From the sequence record ON528715: a stretch of 39,034 bases of DNA, one strand, 5' to 3'. Positions 1 to 8,601 of the stretch are shown one piece after another. The DNA comes from Shigella phage ESh1. The translations under genes were made by a program, and so were the position numbers. Each line of letters opens with the position of its first letter. Position 1 is the first letter of the stretch. The notes under the pieces are model-generated. The model was not told where the DNA came from and did not search any database. It worked only from the letters and a program-made list of their open reading frames with translations.

Positions 1-1
1 G

Positions 2-1399
2 ATTCTTACTGGTCGTGCTCGTCGTAATCAGGACACTGTGTGGGAAACCTCACTGCGCTCCATCAATGACCTAGGGTTCTTCGCTAAGAACGCCTATATG
101 GGTGCTCAGAACATTACGGAGATTGCTGGGATGATTGCAACAGGTAACGTCCGCGCTCTCGGTCATGGTATCCCAATCCTTCGCGATACTCTCTATAAGT
201 CTAAACCAGTTTCCGCTAAGGAACTTAAGGAACTACACTCGGCTCTATTCGGTAAGGAGGTGGACCAGTTGATTAGACCTCAACGTGCTGACATAGTGCA
301 GCGTCTAAGGGAAGCAACTGACACAGGACCTGTGGTGGCTAATATCGTAGGAACCTTAAAGTATTCCACGCAGGAACTGGCTGCCCGTTCTCCTTGGACG
401 AAGCTACTCAATGGGACTACTAACTACCTTCTGGATGCTGCCCGACAAGGGATGCTTGGAGACGTGATTAGTGCCACTCTCTCAGGGAAGACGACTAGAT
501 GGGAGAAGGAAGGCTTCCTGCGTGGTGCTTCTGTAACTCCTGAGCAGATGAAGGGAATCAGGGCACTCATTAAGGAACACATGGTACGTGGTAAGGACGG
601 TAAGTATACTGTTAAGGATAAGCACGCGTTCTCTATGGACCCAAGAGCTATGGACCTGTGGAGACTGGCTGATAAGGTAGCAGATGAGGCTATGCTGAGG
701 CCACATAAGGTTTCCTTACAGGATTCCCATGCGTTTGGTGCGTTAGGGAAGATGGTAATGCAGTTCAAGTCGTTTACTATCAAATCCCTGAACTCTAAGT
801 TCCTCCGTACCTTCTACGATGGTTACAAGAATAACCGAGCGATTGATGCCGCACTGAGTGGTATCATCTCTATGGGTCTTGCCGGAGGCTACTACGCAAT
901 GGCTGCACACGTCAAAGCGTATGGAATGCCGAAGGAGAAACGTAAGGAGTACTTAGAGCGAGCATTGGACCCGACCATGATTGCTCACGCTTCGTTGTCT
1001 CGTAGTTCTCAATTGGGTGCTCCTTTGGCAATGGCTGACCTAGTTGGTGGCCTGTTCGGGGTTGAGTCCTCAAAGATGGCTCGCTCTACTATTCTACCTA
1101 AGGACACCATGAAGGAGCGTGACCCTAATAAGCCTTATACCTCGTGGGAGGTTATGGGTAATATGGGGTCTAACATTCTGGAACAGATGCCTTCGGCTGG
1201 CTTCGTGGCTAACGTAGGGGCTTCCCTACTTAATACTGCTGGCGTGGTGAATGCTCCCAACAAAGCCACTGAGCAGGACTTCATGACTGGTCTTATGAAC
1301 TCCACAAAAGAGTTAGTACCTAACGACCCATTGACGCAACAGCTTGTGTTGAAGATTTATGAGGCGAACGGTGTTAACTTGAGGGAGCGTAGGAAATAA
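2..1399 (+). CDS. 16: Internal virion protein D (gp16), C-terminal portion; 5' partial at window edge, continuous with 36477..39034
   Basis: Open frame from position 2 (ILTGRARRNQDTVWETSLRS...) to stop at 1397-1399; matches the C-terminal third of T7 gp16 as recalled. Window end (..HALMDTVK) joins window start (ILTGRARR..) in frame. Confidence 0.9.
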   Translation: MLTGRARRNQDTVWETSLRSINDLGFFAKNAYMGAQNITEIAGMIATGNVRALGHGIPILRDTLYKSKPVSAKELKELHSALFGKEVDQLIRPQRADIVQRLREATDTGPVVANIVGTLKYSTQELAARSPWTKLLNGTTNYLLDAARQGMLGDVISATLSGKTTRWEKEGFLRGASVTPEQMKGIRALIKEHMVRGKDGKYTVKDKHAFSMDPRAMDLWRLADKVADEAMLRPHKVSLQDSHAFGALGKMVMQFKSFTIKSLNSKFLRTFYDGYKNNRAIDAALSGIISMGLAGGYYAMAAHVKAYGMPKEKRKEYLERALDPTMIAHASLSRSSQLGAPLAMADLVGGLFGVESSKMARSTILPKDTMKERDPNKPYTSWEVMGNMGSNILEQMPSAGFVANVGASLLNTAGVVNAPNKATEQDFMTGLMNSTKELVPNDPLTQQLVLKIYEANGVNLRERRK

Positions 1400-1419
1400 T
1401 ACGACTCACTATAGGGAGA
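1397..1419 (+). promoter_or_regulatory. Phage RNAP promoter phi17 (TAATACGACTCACTATAGGGAGA)
   Basis: Exact 23-bp T7 class III consensus, overlapping the gene 16 stop, upstream of gene 17. Confidence 0.9.
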
Positions 1420-1471
1420 GGCGAAATAATCTTCTCCCTGTAGTCTCTTAGATTTACTTTAAGGAGGTCAA

Positions 1472-3346
1472 ATGGCTAACGTAATTAAAACCGTTTTGAC
1501 TTACCAGTTAGATGGCTCCAATCGTGATTTTAATATCCCGTTTGAGTATCTAGCCCGTAAGTTCGTAGTGGTAACTCTTATCGGTGTAGACCGCAAGGTC
1601 CTTACTATTAATACAGACTACCGTTTCGCTACTCGTACTACAATCTCACTGACTAAGGCTTGGGGTCCAGCGGATGGCTACACTACTATCGAGTTACGTC
1701 GAGTAACCTCCACGACCGACCGCTTGGTTGACTTTACGGACGGCTCAATCCTTCGTGCGTATGACCTTAACGTTGCCCAGATTCAAACGATGCACGTAGC
1801 GGAAGAGGCGCGTGGCCTTACTGCCGATACCATCGGTGTCAATAACGATGGTCACTTAGATGCCCGTGGTCGTCGCATTGTGAACCTAGCGAACGCCGTG
1901 GATGACCGTGATGCTGTTCCTTTTGGTCAACTAAAGACCATGAACCAGAACTCATGGCATGCTCGAAATGAGGCCCTACAGTTCCGCAATGAGGCTCAGA
2001 ATTTCCGCAATCAAGCGGAAGGCTTTAAGAACGCGTCAGATACTAACGCTACTAACACAAAGCAGTGGCGAGATGAGGCTGAGGGGTTCCGTAATGAGGC
2101 CGAGCAATTCAAGAATACGGCTGGTCAATATGCCACCTCTGCTGGGAACTCTGCGTCTGCTGCTCATCAATCTGAGGTAAACGCTGGGAACTCAGCTACT
2201 GCCTCCGCAGATTCTGCCGCTTCTTCGAAACAGCAAGCAGACCGAGCGAAGCAGGAGGCAGACAAACTGGGCAACTGGAATGCACTTGCAGGGGCCATTG
2301 AGGGTGTTGATGGTAACGATGTAACGTTTAAAGGCATTATCAAAACACCGTTTAACGTTGTAGGTGGCGGCCTTGTCTCTACTGGTGCTGCAAGCATTGC
2401 AAAGGGTTTGAGTGTTGATGGTGGACTTGTTGTTGGTGAAGATATCGCTGCACATAAGGATGTGTGGGTAGATGGTGTGGTTGTTGCCAATGGTGGTATA
2501 CAGCAACAGTCTGGACCTAATTCCACTAATGATATGTGGCGACTGTTTATTAAAGGGGGACCAATGCATATTGGAAACCGACAAGGCCTTCACCTTGGTT
2601 GGAACGAGAGTGTTGGTACAGGGGCGTCATCCTTTATTACCAACAAAGGCTTAGGTGATGGGGGTTTTATTTTCCGCACGGTAAACTTTGAGAACACTGC
2701 TGAGATTGGTCGCGTTACATTCACTGGTAACGGTGGAGTACGCGCCTTCGATTTACAAGCAGTTAACGGTGCGCGCATTGAGGCTGGAAACAATATAGTA
2801 GGCGCAAGGATTTTCTCAGGAATGGGCAGCTGCCAATTCGATACCGAAGGTAACTTACTGGGAGGACTATGGAACCGCGTTGGTGGTGACCTATACAACT
2901 TCCTGTGGAACAAGGGTCACTTCGCTAAGCCACCTGCTGGAGTCCAGTTGTTTACATCCCGTGGTGGTGACTACCTCGAGGGTCTCGTGGATAACACGGC
3001 TGTAGGGTTCCGCTGGTTTCTGTCAGACAGGAGACTTAAAGAAAACATAAAGGTTGTACGCTCCGCTGAGGATATGCTCAATATTATCCGCTCGTACATC
3101 CCGGTTTCCTATAAGTATAAGGACTCTGAGTATGTTGATAAGCGTGGTAGAACGGTAAGAATTACCGGTAAGAACTCTCGCGCTGGTTTCATTACTCAGG
3201 ATTTGATTAGAATCTGGCCTGAGGCGGTGGACGTGCTGTCCGATGGTATGCAATCACCAGACCCTAACCAAATCATTGGTGGACTAATGCTTCTTGTCAA
3301 GAACCTTGACGAACGTGTACAGGAGTTGGAGAAAAATAACGCTTAA
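1472..3346 (+). CDS. 17: Tail fiber protein (gp17), mosaic: T7-like N-terminal region, divergent central/receptor-binding region, C-terminal chaperone-like module
   Basis: 624-aa ORF with RBS TAAGGAGGT. N-terminus MANVIKTVLTYQLDGSNRDFNIPFEYLARKF matches T7 gp17 to about residue 270, then diverges; C-terminal motif FLSDRRLKENI resembles auto-cleaving intramolecular chaperone domains. Confidence 0.9.
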   Translation: MANVIKTVLTYQLDGSNRDFNIPFEYLARKFVVVTLIGVDRKVLTINTDYRFATRTTISLTKAWGPADGYTTIELRRVTSTTDRLVDFTDGSILRAYDLNVAQIQTMHVAEEARGLTADTIGVNNDGHLDARGRRIVNLANAVDDRDAVPFGQLKTMNQNSWHARNEALQFRNEAQNFRNQAEGFKNASDTNATNTKQWRDEAEGFRNEAEQFKNTAGQYATSAGNSASAAHQSEVNAGNSATASADSAASSKQQADRAKQEADKLGNWNALAGAIEGVDGNDVTFKGIIKTPFNVVGGGLVSTGAASIAKGLSVDGGLVVGEDIAAHKDVWVDGVVVANGGIQQQSGPNSTNDMWRLFIKGGPMHIGNRQGLHLGWNESVGTGASSFITNKGLGDGGFIFRTVNFENTAEIGRVTFTGNGGVRAFDLQAVNGARIEAGNNIVGARIFSGMGSCQFDTEGNLLGGLWNRVGGDLYNFLWNKGHFAKPPAGVQLFTSRGGDYLEGLVDNTAVGFRWFLSDRRLKENIKVVRSAEDMLNIIRSYIPVSYKYKDSEYVDKRGRTVRITGKNSRAGFITQDLIRIWPEAVDVLSDGMQSPDPNQIIGGLMLLVKNLDERVQELEKNNA

Positions 3347-3394
3347 GGATGACACCAGATTAGGACCAAGGATGGTCTTTAATAAGGAGGATAC

Positions 3395-3598
3395 ATGCTG
3401 TCTTTGGATTTCAATAACGAGTTAGTCAAGGCTGCGCCTATTGTTGGCACTGGTGTGGCTGATGGCGCTGCGAGGCTTTTCTTCGGGCTGAGTCTTAATG
3501 AGTGGTTCTATATTGCTGCTATCGCCTACACAGTGGTTCAGATTGGTGCCAAGGTAGTCGATAAAATGATTGACTGGAAGAAAGCCAATAAGGAGTGA
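3395..3598 (+). CDS. 17.5: Holin (gp17.5)
   Basis: 67 aa, MLSLDFNNELVKAAPIVGTGVADG..., near-identical to T7 gp17.5 as recalled; RBS AAGGAGG. Confidence 0.9.
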   Translation: MLSLDFNNELVKAAPIVGTGVADGAARLFFGLSLNEWFYIAAIAYTVVQIGAKVVDKMIDWKKANKE

Positions 3599-3603
3599 TA
3601 TGT

Positions 3604-3873
3604 ATGGAAAAGGATAAGAGTCTTATTACGTTCTTAGAGATGTTGGACACCGCTATGGCACAGCGTATGCTTGCTGATTTATCTAACGACGAGCGTCGGA
3701 CTCCGCAACTCTATAACGCCATTAACAAACTGTTAGACCGACATAAGTTCCAGATTGGTAAGTTGCAGCCGGATGTTCACATCTTGGGTGGCCTTGCTGG
3801 TGCTCTTGAAGAGTACAAAGAGAAAGTCGGTGATAACGGCCTTACGGATGACGATTTGTACACATTACAGTGA
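3604..3873 (+). CDS. 18: Terminase small subunit / DNA maturation protein A (gp18)
   Basis: MEKDKSLITFLEMLDTAMAQRML... matches T7 gp18; start chosen at the internal ATG by homology (ORF track begins 9 nt upstream). Confidence 0.85.
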   Translation: MEKDKSLITFLEMLDTAMAQRMLADLSNDERRTPQLYNAINKLLDRHKFQIGKLQPDVHILGGLAGALEEYKEKVGDNGLTDDDLYTLQ

Positions 3874-3877
3874 TATA

Positions 3878-3920
3878 CTCAAGGCCACTACATATAGTGG
3901 TCTTTATGGATGTCATTGTC
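3878..3920 (+). promoter_or_regulatory. Probable RNase III processing hairpin (R18.5-like)
   Basis: Motif ACTCAAGG..hairpin (CCACTACATATAGTGG)..CTTTATGGAT, same architecture as other T7 RNase III sites; boundaries approximate. Confidence 0.4.
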
Positions 3921-3967
3921 TATACGAGATGCTCCTACGTGAAATCTGAAAGTTAACGGGAGGCATT

Positions 3968-4411
3968 ATGCTGCAATTTTTACGTAAGCTAGTCCCTTGG
4001 GTTCTCGCTGGGATGCTATTCGGATGGGGATGGCAACTTGGGGCAGACTCAATGGACGCTAAGTGGAAACAGGAGGTACAGAATGAGTACGTTAAGAGAG
4101 TTGAGGCTACGGCGAGTACTCAAAGAGCAATCAATGAAATATCGGCTAAGTATCAAGAAGACCTTGCCGCGCTGGAAGGGAGCACTGATAGGATTATTTC
4201 TGATTTGCGTAGCGACAATAAGCGGCTGCGCGTCAGAGTCAAACCTACCGGAACCTCCGATGGTAAGTGTGGATTCGAGCCTGATGGTAGAGCCGAACTT
4301 GACGACAGAGATGCTAAGCGTATTCTCGCAGTGACCCAAAAGGGTGACGCATGGATTCGTGCGTTACAAGATACTATTCGTGAACTGCAACGTAAGCAGG
4401 AAATCAAGTAG
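3968..4411 (+). CDS. 18.5: Rz-like i-spanin (gp18.5)
   Basis: 147 aa, N-terminal TM segment [15 protein letters not shown], matches T7 gp18.5. Confidence 0.85.
   Translation: MLQFLRKLVPWVLAGMLFGWGWQLGADSMDAKWKQEVQNEYVKRVEATASTQRAINEISAKYQEDLAALEGSTDRIISDLRSDNKRLRVRVKPTGTSDGKCGFEPDGRAELDDRDAKRILAVTQKGDAWIRALQDTIRELQRKQEIK
4083..4334 (+). CDS. 18.7: Rz1-like o-spanin lipoprotein (gp18.7), embedded in 18.5 in the +1 frame
   Basis: [26 protein letters not shown] (lipobox-like ISGC) followed by proline-rich region; matches T7 gp18.7; start chosen by homology inside the longer ORF 4038..4334. Confidence 0.8.
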   Translation: MSTLRELRLRRVLKEQSMKYRLSIKKTLPRWKGALIGLFLICVATISGCASESNLPEPPMVSVDSSLMVEPNLTTEMLSVFSQ

Positions 4412-4419
4412 GAGGCAAT

Positions 4420-6180
4420 GTGTCTACTCAATCCAATCGTAATGCGCTCGTAGTGGCGCAACTGAAAGGAGACTTCGTGGCGTTTCTGTTCGTCTTATGG
4501 AAGGCGTTAAACCTTCCGGTGCCCACTAAGTGTCAGATTGACATGGCTAAGGTGCTGGCGAATGGAGATAACAAGAAGTTCATCTTACAGGCTTTCCGTG
4601 GTATCGGTAAGTCATTCATCACCTGTGCGTTCGTTGTGTGGTCCTTATGGAGAGACCCTCAGTTGAAGATACTTATTGTATCAGCCTCTAAGGAACGTGC
4701 AGACGCTAACTCCATCTTTATTAAGAACATCATTGACCTGCTGCCGTTCCTAGCTGAGTTAAAGCCAAGACCAGGACAGCGTGACTCGGTAATCAGCTTT
4801 GATGTAGGCCCAGCCAATCCTGACCACTCTCCTAGTGTAAAATCAGTAGGTATTACTGGTCAGTTAACAGGTAGCCGTGCTGACATTATTATTGCGGATG
4901 ACGTTGAGATTCCGTCTAACAGTGCAACTATGGGTGCCCGTGAGAAGCTATGGACTCTGGTTCAGGAGTTCGCTGCATTACTTAAGCCACTGCCTTCCTC
5001 CCGCGTTATCTACCTTGGTACACCTCAGACAGAGATGACTCTCTATAAGGAACTTGAGGATAACCGTGGATACACAACCATAATCTGGCCTGCTCTGTAC
5101 CCAAGGACTCGTGAAGAGAACCTCTATTACTCACAGCGTCTTGCTCCTATGCTACGTGCTGAGTACGATGAGAACCCTGAGGCACTCGCTGGGACTCCGA
5201 CAGACCCTGTGCGCTTTGACCGTGATGACCTCCGTGAGCGTGAGTTGGAATACGGCAAGGCTGGCTTCACACTACAGTTCATGCTTAACCCGAACTTGAG
5301 TGATGCCGAGAAGTACCCTCTGAGGCTTCGTGATGCTATCGTAGCGGCCTTAGACTTAGAGAAGGCCCCAATGCATTACCAGTGGCTTCCTAACCGTCAG
5401 AACATCATTGAGGACCTTCCTAACGTTGGCCTTAAAGGTGATGACCTTCATACGTACCATGAGTGCTCTAACAACTCTGGTCAGTATCAACAGAAGATTC
5501 TGGTCATTGACCCGAGTGGTCGCGGTAAGGATGAAACAGGTTACGCTGTGCTGTACACCCTGAACGGTTACATCTACCTAATGGAAGCTGGAGGTTTCCG
5601 TGATGGCTACTCTGATAAGACCCTTGAGTTACTCGCTAAGAAAGCTAAGCAATGGGGAGTCCAGACGGTTGTCTACGAGAGTAACTTCGGTGACGGTATG
5701 TTTGGTAAGGTATTCAGTCCTATACTTCTTAAACACCACAACTGCGCAATGGAAGAGATTCGTGCTCGTGGTATGAAGGAGATGCGTATTTGTGATACCC
5801 TTGAGCCAGTCATGCAGACTCACCGCCTTGTCATTCGTGATGAGGTCATTAGGGCCGACTATCAGTCCGCTCGTGACGTAGACGGTAAGCATGACGTTAA
5901 GTACTCACTGTTCTACCAGATGACCCGTATCACTCGTGAGAAAGGTGCTCTGGCTCATGATGACCGATTGGATGCCCTTGCGTTAGGCATTGAGTATCTC
6001 CGTGAGTCCATGCAGTTGGATTCCGTTAAGGTCGAAGGTGAAGTGCTTGCTGACTTCCTTGAGGAGCACATGATGCGTCCTACAGTGTCTGCTACCCACA
6101 TCATTGAGATGTCTGTAGGAGGAGTTGATGTGTACTCCGAGGACGATGAGGGTTACGGTACGTCTTTCATTGAGTGGTGA
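4420..6180 (+). CDS. 19: Terminase large subunit / DNA maturation protein B (gp19), GTG start
   Basis: 586 aa, [19 protein letters not shown]... essentially T7 gp19; RBS GGAGG 6 nt upstream of GTG. Confidence 0.92.
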   Translation: MSTQSNRNALVVAQLKGDFVAFLFVLWKALNLPVPTKCQIDMAKVLANGDNKKFILQAFRGIGKSFITCAFVVWSLWRDPQLKILIVSASKERADANSIFIKNIIDLLPFLAELKPRPGQRDSVISFDVGPANPDHSPSVKSVGITGQLTGSRADIIIADDVEIPSNSATMGAREKLWTLVQEFAALLKPLPSSRVIYLGTPQTEMTLYKELEDNRGYTTIIWPALYPRTREENLYYSQRLAPMLRAEYDENPEALAGTPTDPVRFDRDDLRERELEYGKAGFTLQFMLNPNLSDAEKYPLRLRDAIVAALDLEKAPMHYQWLPNRQNIIEDLPNVGLKGDDLHTYHECSNNSGQYQQKILVIDPSGRGKDETGYAVLYTLNGYIYLMEAGGFRDGYSDKTLELLAKKAKQWGVQTVVYESNFGDGMFGKVFSPILLKHHNCAMEEIRARGMKEMRICDTLEPVMQTHRLVIRDEVIRADYQSARDVDGKHDVKYSLFYQMTRITREKGALAHDDRLDALALGIEYLRESMQLDSVKVEGEVLADFLEEHMMRPTVSATHIIEMSVGGVDVYSEDDEGYGTSFIEW

Positions 6181-6261
6181 TTTATGCACTGAGACTGCAT
6201 ATGGATGCACTATAGACCACGGATGGTCAGTTCTTTAAGTTACTGAAAAGACACGATAAAT

Positions 6262-6284
6262 TAATACGACTCACTATAGGGAGA
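6262..6284 (+). promoter_or_regulatory. Phage RNAP promoter phiOR
   Basis: TAATACGACTCACTATAGGGAGA consensus downstream of gene 19. Confidence 0.85.
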
Positions 6285-6439
6285 GGAGGGACGAAAGGTT
6301 ACTATATAGATACTGAATGAATACTTATAGAGTGCATAAAGTATGCATATAGTCGTACCTAGAGTGACCTCTAAGAATGGTGATTATATTGTTATTAATA
6401 TCACCTATACTTAAAGACCAACATAAAGGGAGGAGACTC

Positions 6440-6589
6440 ATGTTCCGCTTATTGTTGAACCTACTGCGGCATAGAGTCACCTACCGATTTCTTGTGGTAC
6501 TTTGTGCTGCCCTTGGGTACGCATCTCTTACTGGAGACCTCAGTTCACTGGAGTCTGCCGTTTGCTCTATACTCACTTGTAGCGATTAG
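6440..6589 (+). CDS. 19.5: gp19.5 small membrane-type protein
   Basis: MFRLLLNLLRHRVTYRFLVVLCAALGYASLTGDLSSLES.. matches T7 gp19.5; RBS AAAGGGAGGAG; ORF track extends upstream to 6377 but the RBS supports 6440. Confidence 0.75.
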   Translation: MFRLLLNLLRHRVTYRFLVVLCAALGYASLTGDLSSLESAVCSILTCSD

Positions 6590-6649
6590 GGTCTTCCTGA
6601 CCGACTGATGGCTCACCGAGGGATTCAGCGGTATGATTGCATCACACCA

Positions 6650-6830
6650 CTTCATCCCTATAGAGTCAAGTCCTAAGGTATACCCATAAAGAGCCTCTAA
6701 TGGTCTATCCTAAGGTCTATACCTAAAGATAGGCCATCCTATCAGTGGAACCTAAAGAGGGTCTTAGAGAGGGCCTAAGGAGTTCCTAGAGGGTCCTTTA
6801 AAATATACCATAAAAATCTGAGTGACTATC
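6650..6830 (+). repeat. Right-end short-repeat array (CCTAAAG/CCTAAGG-type motifs) preceding the terminal repeat
   Basis: Repeated motifs tcctaaggtatacc, tcctaaggtctatacc, cctaaagataggcc, cctaaagagggtc, cctaaggagttcc; corresponds to the T7 right-end repeat region. Confidence 0.6.
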
Positions 6831-6990
6831 TCACAGTGTACGGACCTAAAGTTCCCCCCATAGGGGTACCAAAGGCCCAGCCAATCACCTAAAGTCAACC
6901 TTCGGTTGACCTTGAGGGTTCCCTAAGGGTTGGGGTTGGTCCCTTGGGTTTACCTTGAGTGTCTCCTTGTCCCTATCTGTTCAGTCTCCT
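6831..6990 (+). repeat. Direct terminal repeat (single collapsed copy; concatemer junction)
   Basis: Begins TCTCACAGTGTACGGACCTAAAGTTCCCC, the T7 genome-end sequence; length assumed about 160 bp by analogy, the true boundary cannot be set from one copy. Confidence 0.6.
6975..6981 (+). promoter_or_regulatory. Concatemer-junction pause site for phage RNAP (ATCTGTT)
   Basis: Exact ATCTGTT heptamer inside the terminal repeat, as in the T7 class II pause/termination signal. Confidence 0.5.
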
Positions 6991-7145
6991 AAAGTCACCT
7001 CCTAAAGTCACCTCCTAAAGTCACCTCCTAAAGTCATTCCTACCGTCTACAACCTAAAGACTACACTTAAAGACCCATCAAGTCAACGCCTATCTTAAAG
7101 TATCTCCTAAAGACCATCCTAAAGACCATCCTAAAGCCTATCCCA
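6987..7145 (+). repeat. Left-end short-repeat array incl. 13-bp tandem repeat x4 and cctaaagaccat x2
   Basis: 13-bp period tandem repeat (tcctaaagtcacc) at 6987-7038 and further CCTAAAG-containing units to about 7145. Confidence 0.7.
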
Positions 7146-7207
7146 TAGACGCCTTGTTGTTACCTATAAAGAGTTACCTTAATCATAGTCTTTAATCATT
7201 GTCTCTT

Positions 7208-7230
7208 TAATACGACTCACTATAAGGAGA
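7208..7230 (+). promoter_or_regulatory. Phage RNAP promoter phiOL (TAATACGACTCACTATAAGGAGA)
   Basis: Near-consensus 23-mer at the genetic left end. Confidence 0.8.
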
Positions 7231-7281
7231 CTACTTAAAGACCCTTAAAAGAGATTAATTAAAAATTTATCAAAAAGAGTG

Positions 7282-7310
7282 TTGACTTAAAGAGTCCTAG
7301 AGGTTACTAT
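7282..7310 (+). promoter_or_regulatory. Host sigma70 early promoter A1
   Basis: TTGACT - 17 bp - TACTAT, collinear with T7 A1. Confidence 0.75.
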
Positions 7311-7407
7311 TCATCTCGTCAACGGGACAACGGCCTAAAGCCACTCCCTGAGATACCGGGGTCAACCGGATAAGTAGGCAGCCTGTAAGCCATACGAAAA
7401 ACAGGCA

Positions 7408-7437
7408 TTGACAACACGAAGTAACATGCAGTAAGAT
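7408..7437 (+). promoter_or_regulatory. Host sigma70 early promoter A2
   Basis: TTGACA - 18 bp - TAAGAT, near-identical to T7 A2. Confidence 0.8.
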
Positions 7438-7522
7438 ACACAACGTAGCGTCAACCGGACGCACACAAGGTGTCTTCTAGGTGACTTAAGCGCACCACGG
7501 CACATAAGGTGAAACAAAACGG

Positions 7523-7551
7523 TTGACAACACGAAGTAAACACGGTACGAT
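7523..7551 (+). promoter_or_regulatory. Host sigma70 early promoter A3
   Basis: TTGACA - 17 bp - TACGAT, near-identical to T7 A3. Confidence 0.8.
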
Positions 7552-7669
7552 GTACCACATGCAGTAAGGGTGTAGGGATAGGAACCGAGAAACCTGCCCG
7601 TGACCCGCCAAGGATAAGGCACTAGCTATGAGTCGAATTCGGTCACTCATCGCATAAAAGAATAACAGG

Positions 7670-7698
7670 TTGACAGCCTCCTTTAAAAGCTGTAAGAT
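7670..7698 (+). promoter_or_regulatory. Additional sigma70-type early promoter (fourth, not in T7 as recalled)
   Basis: TTGACA - 17 bp - TAAGAT followed by gtaccac as in A3; lies in about 185 bp of extra sequence between A3 and gene 0.3. Confidence 0.6.
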
Positions 7699-7814
7699 GT
7701 ACCACGAAATGACGGAACAGTGAGGCGCAACACTGAAACGCGCTAGGGTCTAACGAAACCTGACCGACATGCTCTTTAACAATCTGGTAAATAGCTCTTG
7801 AGTGCACGACTAGC

Positions 7815-7858
7815 GGATAACTCAAGGGTATCGCAAGGTGCCCTTTATGATATTCACT
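7815..7858 (+). promoter_or_regulatory. RNase III site R0.3
   Basis: AACTCAAGGGTATCGCAAGGTGCCCTTTATGATATTCAC, matching the T7 R0.3 region. Confidence 0.6.
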
Positions 7859-7882
7859 AACAACTGCACGAGGTAACACAAG

Positions 7883-8248
7883 ATGGCTATGTCTAACATG
7901 ACTTACAACAACGTTTTCGACCACGCTTATGAAATGCTGAAAGAAAACATCCGTTATGATGACATCCGCGACACTGATGACCTGCATGATGCTGTTCATA
8001 TGGCTGCCGATAGCGCCGTTCCGCACTATTACAGCGACATTTTCAGCGTAATGGCAAGCGAGGGCATTGACCTTGAGTTCGAGGACTCTGGTCTTATGCC
8101 GGACACCAAGGACGTAATCCGTATCCTGCAAGCTCGCATCTATGAGCAACTCACGATTGACCTCTGGGAAGACGCTGAGGACTTACTTAACGAGTACCTT
8201 GAGGACGTCGAGGAAGAAGAGGAAGACTACGAAGAGGGCGAAGAGTAA
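7883..8248 (+). CDS. ocr: Ocr, DNA-mimic anti-restriction protein (gp0.3)
   Basis: [36 protein letters not shown]... with acidic C-terminus; matches T7 Ocr with a slightly longer acidic tail. Confidence 0.92.
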   Translation: MAMSNMTYNNVFDHAYEMLKENIRYDDIRDTDDLHDAVHMAADSAVPHYYSDIFSVMASEGIDLEFEDSGLMPDTKDVIRILQARIYEQLTIDLWEDAEDLLNEYLEDVEEEEEDYEEGEE

Positions 8249-8406
8249 TGACTAACAACAACAACACGCAATACGGTCTGACCGCTCAAACTGTACTGTT
8301 TTATAGTGACATGGTGCGCTGTGGGTTTAACTGGTCGCTCGCAATGGCACACCTTAAGGAACTGTACGAAAACAACAAGGCAATAGCTTTGGAATCTACT
8401 GAGTGA
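8248..8406 (+). CDS. 0.4: gp0.4 (FtsZ-inhibitor homolog)
   Basis: 52 aa, ..QYGLTAQTVLFYSDMVRCGFNWSLAMA.LKELYENNKAIALES.., start overlaps the 0.3 stop (TAATG). Confidence 0.8.
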   Translation: MTNNNNTQYGLTAQTVLFYSDMVRCGFNWSLAMAHLKELYENNKAIALESTE

Positions 8407-8407
8407 T

Positions 8408-8455
8408 AGGCTCAAGGTCGCTCATAGCGAGTGGCCTTTATGATTATCACTTTAC
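8408..8455 (+). promoter_or_regulatory. RNase III site R0.5
   Basis: GGCTCAAGGTCGCTCATAGCGAGTGGCCTTTATGATTATCAC hairpin motif. Confidence 0.5.
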
Positions 8456-8472
8456 TTACGGGAGTAATGAAT

Positions 8473-8601
8473 ATGCTTACTATTGGTCTACTCACCGCTC
8501 TGGGCCTAGCTGTAGGTGCATCCTTTGGGGAGTCTTTGGGTGTAGCTATAGGCGCTTACTTGGTCGCTTGTATTATCACAGGAGCACTGCGCAAATGCTG
8601 A
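8473..8601 (+). CDS. 0.5: gp0.5 small hydrophobic protein
   Basis: MLTIGLLTALGLAVGASFGESLGVAIGAYLVACIITGALRKC; RBS GGGAG 9 nt upstream; an alternative ATG lies at 8467. Confidence 0.6.
   Translation: MLTIGLLTALGLAVGASFGESLGVAIGAYLVACIITGALRKC

Noticed and set aside
38-1399. ORF 38..1399 as a stand-alone 453-aa gene
   Set aside because: The frame is open from position 2 and continues from the window end; it is the C-terminal part of gene 16, not a separate gene starting at Met 38.
6379-6405. Inverted repeat GGTGAT..15 nt AT-rich..ATCACC upstream of gene 19.5 as a regulatory hairpin or terminator
   Set aside because: Short stem with a large AT-rich loop and no following T-run. T7 has a similar sequence here, but I cannot assign a function from sequence alone.
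6987-7038. Tandem 13-bp repeats as a possible CRISPR array
   Set aside because: Repeats are 13 bp with no spacers (direct tandem copies) and sit in the known T7 left-end repeat region; not CRISPR.
7643-8149. Minus-strand ORFs throughout the window (e.g. 7643..8149, 8606..9094, 12031..12753, 28811..29605, 34402..35250, 37634..38170)
   Set aside because: All lie antisense to well-supported + strand genes or to the early regulatory region. T7-like genomes are transcribed entirely left to right, and none has a convincing RBS or a recognisable product.
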